Assembly (NCBI RefSeq): GCF_004010195.1
Contig: NC_057718.1
Location: forward strand, 55,901,862-55,965,861
Direction of reading: 5' to 3'
From: Chiloscyllium plagiosum
Lineage: Eukaryota
Length of the DNA: 64,000 nucleotides
The notes below the pieces were generated by a model that had not been told where the DNA came from, did not search any database, and saw only the letters and a program-made list of their open reading frames with translations. This document shows, in pieces, positions 1-11,290 of this stretch. The translations under genes and the position numbers were made by a program. Position 1 is the stretch's first letter; every line of letters begins with the position of its first letter.

Positions 1-565
1 GAGGTTTCACAAATTTAAGTTATCACAACAAGCACAAAAAAATTCTAAATAAAAGCAGTGGACTCAATCAATTCACAGTATAAAACCAGCTCTCAATTTC
101 TAGTTGTCTTGGGTTATAGCTGTGCTCCCATTGACTAAATTTATCCTTCTGTCTTTTTCTTTTAATACACAGTACCACTTAGAACTAAGCCTTATGAACA
201 CTTACTAGCCATTATGCCCAGCCATGATTAGGATAATCTTGAATTCCAATTGTCTTGTTAGTGCATGAACCATTCATGATGAAACATGGATTGACTTGGT
301 GGTGTATCCCCAATTCCTGATTAGTTTAACAGTAATAGTCATCTTAGTGGCATCTTTTCTTATTGTTTCGAGTCATTCTTTGACATTTCAATCACTTTAA
401 AAGATCACCACTTATACGGAAACTTACTCTTTCTTACTTACCAGCTCCATAGATCTTTACCAAGATAATACAGCGTCAATGAGGCCAATTCTGTGTCTGA
501 ACATAAAACAGAAGAAGATTACTTTTCATTATTATTTTTCGACAATTGATTCTACATTTTTCTAG

Positions 566-692
566 GCTATGACAGTGATGTTGCAAAAGAGAAGTCCATC
601 GATTACACAACCAAGATCTATGCAGTTAGTATCAGGGAGATGTCAGGCACAAAGCCACATCTTCAACCAAAAGAAGTCTCAACAGAAGAAAG
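566..692 (+). CDS. EML6: EML6-like coding exon (127 nt): (G)YDSDVAKEKSIDYTTKIYAVSIREMSGTKPHLQPKEVSTEE(R)
   Basis: tttttctag acceptor and AG|gtacat donor. The peptide closely resembles the recalled vertebrate EML6 linker GYDSDVAREKAIDYTTKIYAVSIREM and is less like EML5. Phase 1 in, phase 2 out. Confidence 0.92.
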
Positions 693-1982
693 GTACATTA
701 TTGCTTTGAAAATCCACCTTATTGGCAATGTTGATTATATCGTGTAAAAGTTAATAATTGTTCTCATTTTTATTACACTTTGGTTTAGTTCTTTTGCATG
801 TTCTTAATGGAAAATTTTATCATCTATATTTTCCACAGAAAATTCACAGCACAAATTAAATAATACTTCTTAGATATTCTAATAGTTTGAACACTCTTAG
901 AATAAACATAACTGTCTTAAACCTTAACAACTTTACATTACTTGAGGTATATAAACAATGTTCTTTATTTTAGGACAGATTTCATGCATAAACAAAAACT
1001 TACTGAACATATTTAATATTTTGCATCTACAACAGTCTCAACAGTTTTTCAAACTAAATTTTAGGATCTGCAGTGGATTTTTAATTCTTATTCAACATAC
1101 AAGCCATTACATGTGGCAAAAGGAAACTAACATACCAACATGTCACTCCAACATTTAATAAATCTGAAGAACAGAATAGTTGTAGGAGAAAATATTTGTG
1201 AGGGCTATGAATGAAGAAGATTATTAAAGATAGAAGCCAAAGCATGGTAGCCTTTGGCAAGTTTGTTAAAGGAAAGGACATGAGTTGTGAGGGAAATACT
1301 TGGTGCATTTTTCAGAAAAATGGCATTACTCAATTTCCACTCTGACCACTCAAACCAATGTGGTATTTCATGAAATCCTATTATGAGAATTTGGCTATCT
1401 ATGCCAATTCACAATGCTTCCCAGAAGTTAACATTGTGCCTTACTTACAATGAAGTGCAGCAAAGCTTTAGACCATGACTGACAATGATTGATCTTGCAT
1501 GTGCCAATCCAATCCTGTTTGGTACTTAAGTATTCTTTGATCAGTTGTCACAACTCTGCACTGCTTTCCTGCAGACCAAGACATTATGAAGGCAAATCCC
1601 CAATTCAACAACTGTAAAATTTCTTGATAGCATCCATTTACATGCCTTAGAATTATATTTATAAGATGTAATATGTTTAATTTTTTTTTAAAAAAAAGCA
1701 TTGCAAATATTTGTATGATTCTTGGGGTTTATTTTGGAAAATTTATGCTGGAATCCAGTTAGTAGTTATTGCTATTCAGTGATTTTGACTGACAGTTGTT
1801 CTTATGTACACAACGGATAAGAGGTGTTGTGGTGCAATGTATAGTCTCCTTTCTTCTGACTGAGTTCTGAGTTTCAGTCCACTCCAAGACTTAATGGTCA
1901 TGGAAAGTGCATTCGTAACATAGCCGAAAAACTTCACTCTCAATGTGTGGACCCTTCCACAATACCAGTGGCAGGTAGTTAT

Positions 1983-3141
1983 GCAAAGTTTGTGAAGGTT
2001 TGTAGCTCAGGTTGAGGTTTAGGGTGTAGGTTTGCTCGCTGAGCTGTAGGTTTGATATCCAGACATTTCATTACCTGGCTAGGTAACATCAGTGGCGACC
2101 TCCAAGTGAAGCGAAGGATCTTAGTAGACTGGCTGTCATTTCTGAAACTTCTTTGGTGTATGGTAAGGTGGTTAGGGTTTCTGGCTGTGTTTGATCTGCT
2201 TATTGTGGTTTGTTCTTGAGGAATCTGCGCACTGTATTTTTTGAGTATCCATTCTTCTTGAATACGTTGTATAGGTGGTTCTCCTCTGTTTTCCAAAGTT
2301 CATCTGTGCTGCAGTTTGTGGTGGCTCGTTGGAATAGTGTTCTCATACAGCTTTGTTTGTGTGTGTTGGGATGGTTGCTGGTGTAGTTAAGTATTTGGTC
2401 AGTGTTTGTCAGTTTTCTGTAGTTCTTCATTGTCCTTTCTTTCGACTGTGATGTCCAGGAATGCGAGTCTCAAGAACAAACCACGACAAGCAGACCAAAC
2501 ACAGCCAGAAACCCTAATCACCTTACCATACATCAAAAAAGTTTCAGAAATGACAGCCAGACTACTAAGACCCCTCGGAATCCTAGTAGCACACAAACCC
2601 ACCAACACTCTCAGACAAAGACTAACAAACTTAAAAGACCCAGTACAACCCATGGACAAAACCAACGGCTTCTCCAAAATTCCATGCAAGGACTGCCACA
2701 AACACTATATAGGACAAACAGGAAGAAAGTTAGCCACCAGGATACACGAACACCAGCTAGCCACAAAAATACATGATCCTCTCTCCCTCGTAGCCCTACA
2801 CACAGATGAAAAAAAACACCATTTCGACTGGGGTAACACATCTATCCTGGGACTGGCTAAGCAAAGACATGCCAGAGAATTCCTAGAGGCCTGGCACTCC
2901 AACCACAATGCCATAAACAAACATATAGATCTAGATACCATCTATTAACCCCTTAGAAAACGAACAGGAAATGACATCACCACAAACCCCAGGAACCCCA
3001 TCCAGGACAAACATATAAATAGAAAGCAGGAGACAACAGCTTCGCTTCACTTGGAGGTCGCCACTGATGATGTTACCTAGCCAGGTAATGAAATGTCTGG
3101 ATATCAAACCTACAGCTCAGCGAGCAAACCTACACCCTAAA
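1983..3141 (+). mobile_element. Penelope-like element (Poseidon type), 5'-truncated, with inverted 5' segment and GIY-YIG endonuclease
   Basis: ORF 2406..2948 has IPCKDC-HYIGQTGRKLATRIHEH. About 2010-2116 is the reverse complement of about 3038-3140. 12-bp TSD GCAGGTAGTTAT at 1971-1982 and 3142-3153. Confidence 0.9.
3061..3100 (+). ncRNA. Minimal type I hammerhead ribozyme motif in a PLE terminal repeat (slightly decayed)
   Basis: CCA-CTGATGA-t-GTTACC-tagcca-GGTAAT-GAAA-tGTC-TGG, with helix I CCA/TGG. Confidence 0.7.
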
Positions 3142-3329
3142 GCAGGTAGTTATAACAGAAGAATCTCCTGGTCATTCCTGCTTAATGTGGGGTGGTGATT
3201 CTCAAGTTATATCTCCTAGAAGCAGGTTCATAATTTGTTTCAGGAAAAAGAACAGATACAAGAACCAACATAAGCACAAGCTTTGTCTCCCACGTAGACC
3301 GCAAGGTGTGGAAAGGGAACAGAAGAACA

Positions 3330-4362
3330 CATCTGCTCAATCCAGGCCTCTCAATATTTTGTGTTTCAATTAGATCTCTCCTTTTCCTTCTAAACTCCAA
3401 GTACTGAACCACCCTGAAACCGCTTCTCATATGACAAGCTTTTCATCCCTGGAATTATTCTCATAAACCTCTCTGTACCCCCTCCAACAACAGTACATCC
3501 TTCCTTAGATATAGATCCCAAAACTGCATGTAATACTCCACGTGCGGTCTGACCAGAGCCTTATACATCCTCAGCAGTATCCTTCTGTTCAATATTACAT
3601 TTGCCCTCCTAACTGTGAACTGAACCTGCATGTCAATCTTAAGAGAATCCTGAACTCGGCATCCCAAGTCCCTTTGTGCTTCAGATTTCTGTAGCCTTTC
3701 CCATTTAGAGAATGAGAGAAAGTGAGGACTGCAGATGCTAGAGAGTCAGAGTCAAAAAGCGTGGTGCTGGAAAATCACAGCAGGTCAGGCAGCATCCGAG
3801 GAGCAGGAGAGTTGACATTTTAGGCATAAACCCTTCATTAGGAATGCTTCATCATGCCTGACCTGCTGTGCTTTTCCAGCACCACATGTTTTGGCCCATT
3901 TAGAAAATAGTCTATGCCTCTGTTCTTCCTACCAAAGTGTATAACCTCACATTTTCCCACATTGTATTCCATCTGCCACTTCCTTGTCCACTCTCCAAGC
4001 CTGTCCAAGTCCTCTGCAGCATACCTGCTACCTCAGCACTTCCTGCCCTCCACCTATCTTTATGTCATCTGCAAACCTAGCAACAATTCCCTCAGTTCCT
4101 TCAGCCAGTCATTAAAGTATAACATGAATAGTTACATAGCCTTGTGGAACTCCACTAGTTACCAGCTGCCATCCAAAAAAATACCTGTTTATCCTCTGCC
4201 TTCAGTCAGTCAGTCAATCCTTTAACCATGCCAGTACCTTGCCCCTAATCTATGAGTTCTTATCTTGTTTAGCAGCCTCCTGTGTAGAACCTTGTCAAAG
4301 GCCTTCTGGAAATACAAATAGATCGCATCCACTAACTTTTCTTTGTCTAATTTGCTTGTTCC
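3330..4362 (-). mobile_element. CR1 LINE 3' RT fragment, interrupted by a PLE-derived short element
   Basis: ORF 3461..3667 has LRMYKALVRPHVEY...LEGVQR, typical of the CR1 ORF2 C-terminus. Confidence 0.85.
3714..3894 (-). mobile_element. Short Neptune-type PLE terminal-repeat insertion (family A, decayed hammerhead)
   Basis: aaagtgaggactgcagatgct...cagcaggtcaggcagcatccgaggagcagg. TSD CCCATTTAGA(G/A)AAT at 3700-3713 and 3895-3908. Confidence 0.75.
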
Positions 4363-5524
4363 AAGGACAAGCAGAGAAAATTTTGAACAATGCATATTGT
4401 GTAAAGAGAGCTTACGGAAGTATCGTATATTTTGATATTTGGTATAGAATTAAGAGCTTTACTCATGATTAATACAATATCTGGAAATTCTGAAATTAAA
4501 GTGTTCTTCAATGAAATAGATTTAAGTAGTCTTGAAATAAATTTGTAGTTGGTAATTAGGAAGTAATAATTCTTTGTTTCACTTTGCTGCTTAAATGAAT
4601 TGACAGTTTTTTTAGTGAAAAATCTTTAAGGTCAGTTACTAAACAACTCTTTTGCTGTGATGTGATTAAAGATATACTGATTTGAATTTTTTTCCATTGT
4701 TGCATTTGCAACATTTGAATTCTATTCAAAGAACATCCTTCAAATCAAATCTATCTATTCTATTGCTCTAAACGTTTTGTTTGATGTTTTGAATAGTATA
4801 GTAGTATGCGAAAACACTGTAGTTGTTAACTCCGTTACTGAATGCTTTGAATACGAAGTGTCGGTAAAATTAATAGATTTCTATGTTCAAGTATCTCTAG
4901 GCTGCTGCTTCTGCTGTAAATAAATCAGCATTTAAATTAGTCTGCTGACCATGTTTTGACAAATATTATTTCAACTAGTAAACTGCCTGACTACAACTCT
5001 CTGATATCTGTAATATAAAAATGCTGCACAGTAATAAAAAGTGATGGATTTATATCGAAGTAGATGATCAACATGAATTTGTTTCTCCTCATGATTAAGT
5101 CTAAACCATACTTGATTTCAAATAACAAAAATCCACCATTTCATTTCACACAAATCAAGAATTTCAAGTGTTAAGCTACATCAGCGTAACACATTCAAGA
5201 TAGTATCAATGTCATCAGACTGTCTTGTAACGTGGCAAAGCACACTGATTAAAATGTTGGTGTCCGACTCCTTGCTACAGATTTAATTATTACCAGCATT
5301 AGCTAACAGTAGACTTAAGCTATCTTGCCTACTGAATAAGATTATACAAATTTGAATAAAGTAAATAAAATGACACAAATGTCTTCCTCACCTGTTTAGC
5401 AAATTTTCTACCTGAAAACAGATCTCTTAATAGATTCAGTCATTGTGCAATTACTTTAAAAATTTGAACATTTGCTAAGAAACACTTAATATTGTATTAT
5501 GTTTTAACTTGCTTTCCTTTGGAG

Positions 5525-5539
5525 GCAGGGAATTGTCAA
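5525..5539 (+). CDS. EML6: Candidate 15-nt alternative microexon GCAGGGAATTGTCAA, (R)QGIV(K)
   Basis: ttgctttcctttggag|...|gtaagt. It preserves frame in the phase-2 intron and resembles the recalled EML5 insert RQGVVRGSR. Confidence 0.75.
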
Positions 5540-5949
5540 GTAAGTATTATGTGTATATTTAATTATAAATATAATTTTATAATTCTATATTATATTAATA
5601 TAAAAACATTGTCACTGTATATTATATTGTGCATTCTGGTTTTGACATTTTGACACAATAAAATATCTTTGAGTTTTCTTAAAATATAGTGTATTGTATT
5701 GTTATCATTAAAGGGATTGAAAATACTTCAAAAGATATTTGAACTTCCATTGAGAGCTGAAAAAATACACAAGATTTCATACTCTAAAATTTTGTAAAAC
5801 AACTGACTGAAAGTGCTATTGATTGCATACTATTTTATTTTGTGTAGGCAACTTTTATTTTGAACTACAGAAAAGAACATTCCTCTAGACTTACTACATA
5901 TTACACCATGGAATGACAATTCTCATAACTTGTTCCCAGCATCCAAAGG

Positions 5950-6200
5950 ATTTCTGCATCCCCACTTTGTCAAGCAAGAACATAGAGTGACTATCTCTAA
6001 GTGCTTTCCACAGATTTTGGAGAGTTTCTAAAACCCTTCACCCAGTACCACTCTCTTACGAACAGCACTATGGATGCATATAAGCCCCAAAGATTGCAGA
6101 CACTCAAGAAAGCAGCTTAACACTCAGCTTCTCAAGTGCAATTTGGGATGGGCAATAAAAGCTGGCCTAGCCAGTGATGACCATATCCTGAAAATAAATG
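5950..6200 (+). mobile_element. L2-group LINE/SINE 3' tail
   Basis: cttctcaag...gggatgggcaataaa.gctggcc; the same tail occurs reversed near 12985-13090 and 18890-19000. Confidence 0.55.
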
Positions 6201-6559
6201 GGAAAAATATATGAAAGCCCATTCATATCATTCTTCTCATGCTAGCATGAATTTCCTGGAATCCTGTGATGGCTGCAGAATGTGTCTAAATCTCTCCCAC
6301 ATCAGACTATGGTGCCTTGAAAAGGCAAATAGCCTTTTCCCTCTGACAGATCTTCTACTGTCTATCTGAGACACTCATTTATTTCTAGGAACATCTGTAA
6401 CCTGATCTCAAAATTGAGTTCTACTGCTATCTTCCTCCTAGCAACATGAAACAAATTACCCTTTCATCCAGGGAGAGTAGTTGATGATTGGCTATTCTTG
6501 ACATTAATTGTATTGGAGCTTAGAAATAAATAGACAGTTTTCAAAAATGCAACATTAGG

Positions 6560-6972
6560 AGACAATCAACCTACTCATTGAGAACTGAGATTGCTGAGAA
6601 AATATGTTCAGTTCCCTCATCTAAATTATTAGTAGACATTGTGAATAACTGGGGTCCAACTATTGATCCATGCTGTACATCACTGGGTGTCACTTGGAAA
6701 ATGGTCTATTTATTCCTCATGTTTGTTTCCTTTCTGCCAGCCAGTTCTCAATCCATTATACCCAACCCCATGAATTTTAATTTTGCATGCTCATCTCTTA
6801 TTGGGACCTTAGTGAAACCATTCTGAAAGTCCAATAAAGCACGTTTACTTGTTCCCCTTTATCTACTCAACTAGTTAGATCCTCAAACTTCCAGTAAATT
6901 TGCAAAGCATGATTTTCCTTTCATAAAGCCATGCTGACTCTGCCCAATCCTGTCACTGTTTTCCAAATGCTG
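6560..6972 (-). mobile_element. Degenerate CR1 RT fragments
   Basis: Reverse-strand SQHGFMKGKSC and LDFQ motifs. Confidence 0.65.
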
Positions 6973-8042
6973 AGAGAAAGTAAAAATGAGGTGCAAAATG
7001 ATACTGACAGTGCACTGGTGCTGACTGCTTTAGCTATGTTAGTTTATGGAGGCCTGCCTTCTTGCCTTGCTCTATACTTGCAGAATTGTACTCACTCAAA
7101 TTAAGCATTACCAATTGTCTCTCCATAATGGAGAGTTGGCTGTATGATGTTTTGTGAACTGTAGCTAATTATTTAGAATCAGATATAATACATTGCAAAA
7201 TTTCTCCAGATTAATACTTCCCTATAATTCATCCAGTCTTCAACCACTTGGTTACAGCCCTAGTAACTTGCTATTACTTTCTAATTTATCAATATTTAGA
7301 GATTAATCTATGAATACCATGTTTGGTAATTATCCAGAAAAACCTGTAAGAAAATTCTTGTAAGGTATACAAACATTCTTTCATAGTTTGAAAGATGAAA
7401 AATTACAACATATGTTAATTTAATTTTACCTTACCTACATTAAGTAATGTATGGTAAAATTAAGTTGAGAAATACTGCATAGTTCTTCATCTTTCAGACT
7501 ATGAAAAAATTTTTGGATATAGAGTCATAGAGATGTACAGCACAGAACAAGAATTTTCATACAGGATTTTTTTGGATAGGTTCCCTAAGGAATAGTTACT
7601 TTGATTAAATATACTAATTACACCAGCAGCTGCCAGTTACTTTCTTCTATGATTCTATTATTTAATAATTTAGTATTATTCACCTTTTCATTTCAGAAAT
7701 TGCAAGTGCAGTAAGTATTATTGAGTACTGATTATTGAGGGTTACATGAACCCAGTGCTCATAGGAAGCATTGACATAGCTTCCTCTTTGTTTCCTCCTT
7801 ATTTTATAGGAGCTTAGTGCAGAATTTTCCCAGTGATATCAGGGTATGGGTTTTCTGAATTTGTAGACTGGTACAATCTGATTTTTGGTTTTATTTGCTG
7901 GCATGATTGAGAAGCATGGTTTGTGCAATACAGGAATGTTGGTTGAAACTGATGAAAATGCTTGTGCATGTGTTCAGTTATTTTACATAATTTTCCTAAT
8001 TATACTAATTCTTTTCACTTAAATTTATTTGCTGCTGTCAAG

Positions 8043-8051
8043 GGGATCCAG
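8043..8051 (+). CDS. EML6: Candidate 9-nt alternative microexon GGGATCCAG, adding GS(R)
   Basis: tactaat branch-like site near 8003, tttgctgctgtcaag acceptor, CAG|gtacat donor. In frame; completes QGIVK-GSR. Confidence 0.7.
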
Positions 8052-10329
8052 GTACATCACCAGTCTTATTTTCTAAATTTTCAGTAGTTCGTATCCTGAA
8101 TGTGTTGTGTAAAAATAACTCTATATACTTTCATTGTTCACATTACTCCATTAGTAAATATGAACATTTGGATTGTATAAAAACAGAATGATTAGCCACT
8201 GTTTCATTTATAGGCCAATATTGTTGATTACAAGAAGCTTTAAAATAATCTCTATTGACTGGACCAAACAAGGTTAAGCAAGGAACTAAGAGAGGTGCTC
8301 AGGGTTAAGATTACTTTCACTGATCATTGACTTGGTAATAACTGAATATAAGTCCAATATTGCTCCCATATATGCAGGAAGGGTGATCCAAGATCTAAGA
8401 AAGAAATTTAATACCTCATAGAAAGCCAACAAAGCACCAAATTACATGAGTTGCACTAGAAAGCCGTGTCCTTTAGGATAAATCTCAGTAATGTTCCTTG
8501 TCTAGTTACACATTAAAGATAGGTGTTCAGGGGTACTTTGCTGGCTTAGGGCCAACAAAGCTTGGTGGGCTGAATTGACACTCTATGTTCATAGGGGGAG
8601 TTAAGTAATGGGAAACATGTGGAGAGTAGGTGGTTGGGAATTAAAATCAAGAGCAATAGTAGCCCATATTTTCTTTCTTGGGCTTCACTAATGGGGAGCA
8701 TAGCTATGCGGCAATGTAGTGGACTTATTACCATTAAGTTTTACAAAAGCAAAATATTGCAAATGCTGGAAATCTGAAATTAAATGTAATTTACTTTAAA
8801 CTGGAACTACTCAGTCCAGATATCTCTGTTTCTTGTTTCACAGATGCTATCTGTTACTTGCCAATAAACTTGAGGGGAAATGGCAGGTCTGATAGCAAGC
8901 AGAAGACTTGGAAGTCTGAATTTCCCCACATATGGCTTTTAGCTGGGTCAGGTTCCTGTCTGGAAGTTAGCCGAACTGACAAACATGGTTTCCAATCAGG
9001 CTGATTGGTCTAATGCCCAGTCTCACATTTTGTAGATACAAGCAAGCATTCCTGCTCCTCCTCATTCACTGCATGCTATGAAGGGACCAGCCGTTTCCTC
9101 ATGGCTGAGCTGGCCACAAGTACTGAATCCGCCAGGTTTCCCGAGGCTCAGGAAGCCCATATACCAATGTTATAGCACAAAAGTAGATTAAATTTAGGTT
9201 GTCCAGTCTTACTAACTCTTCTGACATGTTAAACCTCCATGGAATAGTTTCACTGTCTGTTCTTAACCATGTGAACCCCAGAAGTTGATGGGTCCAATGC
9301 AGCTTTAAGTACTCAATTGGTTACCCATTTCATCACCATCTGAACTTAATCTCACCTCCTCACCCCCCCCCCCCCCCCCCCCGTTAAGATTTCTCCGTAC
9401 ATTTTAATAGAAAAAGCTAGTTTAAGTAAATGCAAAGGCATGGAAGGAACAAAAGGAAAAGTCTGACATAAGATGGAAAACAGGAGTTATAAAATGACAT
9501 TAAGAGACAAAGTAAGATAAAGGAAAGTAGTCATGGCACAAATAAAGAAATAAAATTGGATCTCAAAGAGGTGTAAATGACAACAGCAGAAAGGCAGCCA
9601 CTATCAAAAACTTTGGTTAATTTTGGGTTGACTTCTTGTTTGAATGACATTTTGGTTACTTATACAACATTTGTTTCACAGCGAACACACATATTTAAGT
9701 AGCAGGTCTTCAATAAAAGGATGTGCACTGTGTCTTCTTATTAGAATAATATTATTTCCATCTTCAAACTTAAATGAATTTTGCATATTTATAGCCTTGC
9801 AGAGACTGAGGTTCGAGTATTTTGGAAGAAGTAAATGACATGAAACTAAACTCAAAGTGCAAGAACAAAACAGATTCTGAAACTAAATGGTGAAGTTGTA
9901 CAGCACCTGAGAACTTGCTAATAAGTGAGGTGTTTGGAAGCAGAGTGCCCAAATGACACTTTAAGCCACATTTACCAAAGTAGTGGCCAGATTTGGTGCA
10001 GGTTATGTGCAATCTACAGGTGGTGCAAAGAGATGCATGATAAACTAAAAGAATATACCAAAGAAAAACATCCTAATGATACAGTTGTTATGGACAAAAC
10101 CAGATTTCCTCTATGGAGACAACCTCGACCGTAACTTTTATATTTTTGAAAAAGATAAGTGTAAGTCTCTCTGTTCCAGATATGATTTGATTGGTCCACC
10201 ACTAAGCTTTAATTAAAACACTTTTTAAATCGAGAGTTTTTCCAAATCTTGATCTCTAGTTAGTAATAAACCACACAATGAATTTATCAGGCAGTTGCAC
10301 AGTTACATTTTCTGTCAATTTATTTGCAG

Positions 10330-10408
10330 ACCACCAGTCAGCAGAGCCACTCCTCAACCAGAGAAACTACAAAAGAATAATCTTAACAAGAAGAAAAAAT
10401 TGGTGGAG
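10330..10408 (+). CDS. EML6: EML6-like coding exon (79 nt): (R)PPVSRATPQPEKLQKNNLNKKKKLVE
   Basis: tttgcag acceptor and GAG|gtaacc donor. Phase 2 in matches the previous exon; phase 0 out. Confidence 0.92.
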
Positions 10409-10914
10409 GTAACCAAATCCTGAGCTCTTTTAAGCATTTTCAGTGATATCAATTATCTTTTATTAACAGCTGATTAGACATCAAACATCATTGCATCAGT
10501 TTTGGAAACTTGAAATTCACATGTAGTGGAGTCATTTAATGATCAAGCAAAACACAGTCAAAAATGTCACATGAAGCTTATCATCCAAAATTTTAGAAAA
10601 TACTTGACAGGATTTTAACCAGTTTTGAAACTATTCCCTTTTGAATGCTCAAATAGTGGGTGACTCATCTAAGTATTCATTTTGAGCATTACATTTTAAA
10701 ATTGATAACAACTGAATTTCAGGCATAAAGGAGTGCTATTGATTTCAGAATTGAACAGCTCAATTGCATGAGATCTTTCCCCAGTTCACACATTTTTGAT
10801 GGGGAAACTGAGTGAAAGGAAATTTCTTAATAATTTAGAAAAGTTGATTTTATACAACTTGATCTGATGCACATGACGTGCAAACTAGAAGGTAGACACC
10901 TTCTTTAGAAATGT

Positions 10915-11045
10915 AAAAAACAAAAGAACTGTGGATACTGGAAATTGGAAACAAAAGCAGAAATTGCTGGAAAGGCTCAGCATATCTGGCAGCATCTGTG
11001 GAGAGAAATCAGAGTTAATGTTTTGGGTTCAGTGACCTTTCCCAG
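10915..11045 (-). mobile_element. PLE-derived short element (family D)
   Basis: Similar to 53545-53745; decayed hammerhead-like end gttaatgttttgggttcagtgacc. Confidence 0.6.
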
Positions 11046-11069
11046 TGAATGTTCCTGGGAATTCTCTTT

Positions 11070-11290
11070 CAGTAGCTCACTGGCTGAATGGCTGGTTTGT
11101 AATGTGTAATAACGCCAGTAGCATGGGTTCAATTCTCAAAGTGGCTGAGGTTACCATGAAAGATTGTCCTTCTCAACCTCTCCCCTTGCAAGAGGTGTGG
11201 TGACCCTCAAGTTAAACCCCCACCAGTCATCTCTCTCTCTCAAGTGAGAGAACAACCCTATGGTCTGGGAGGATATGGTGATTTTACCTT
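11070..11290 (+). mobile_element. tRNA-derived SINE (non-HE1)
   Basis: A-box-like tagctcactgg and B-box-like gggttcaattc. Related pieces at about 23362-23460, 25000-25112 and 22226-22300 (-). Confidence 0.65.

Noticed and set aside
9364..9382. Poly-C run (possible G-quadruplex on the - strand)
   Set aside because: A simple homopolymer with no other support, and its length is unreliable in assemblies.
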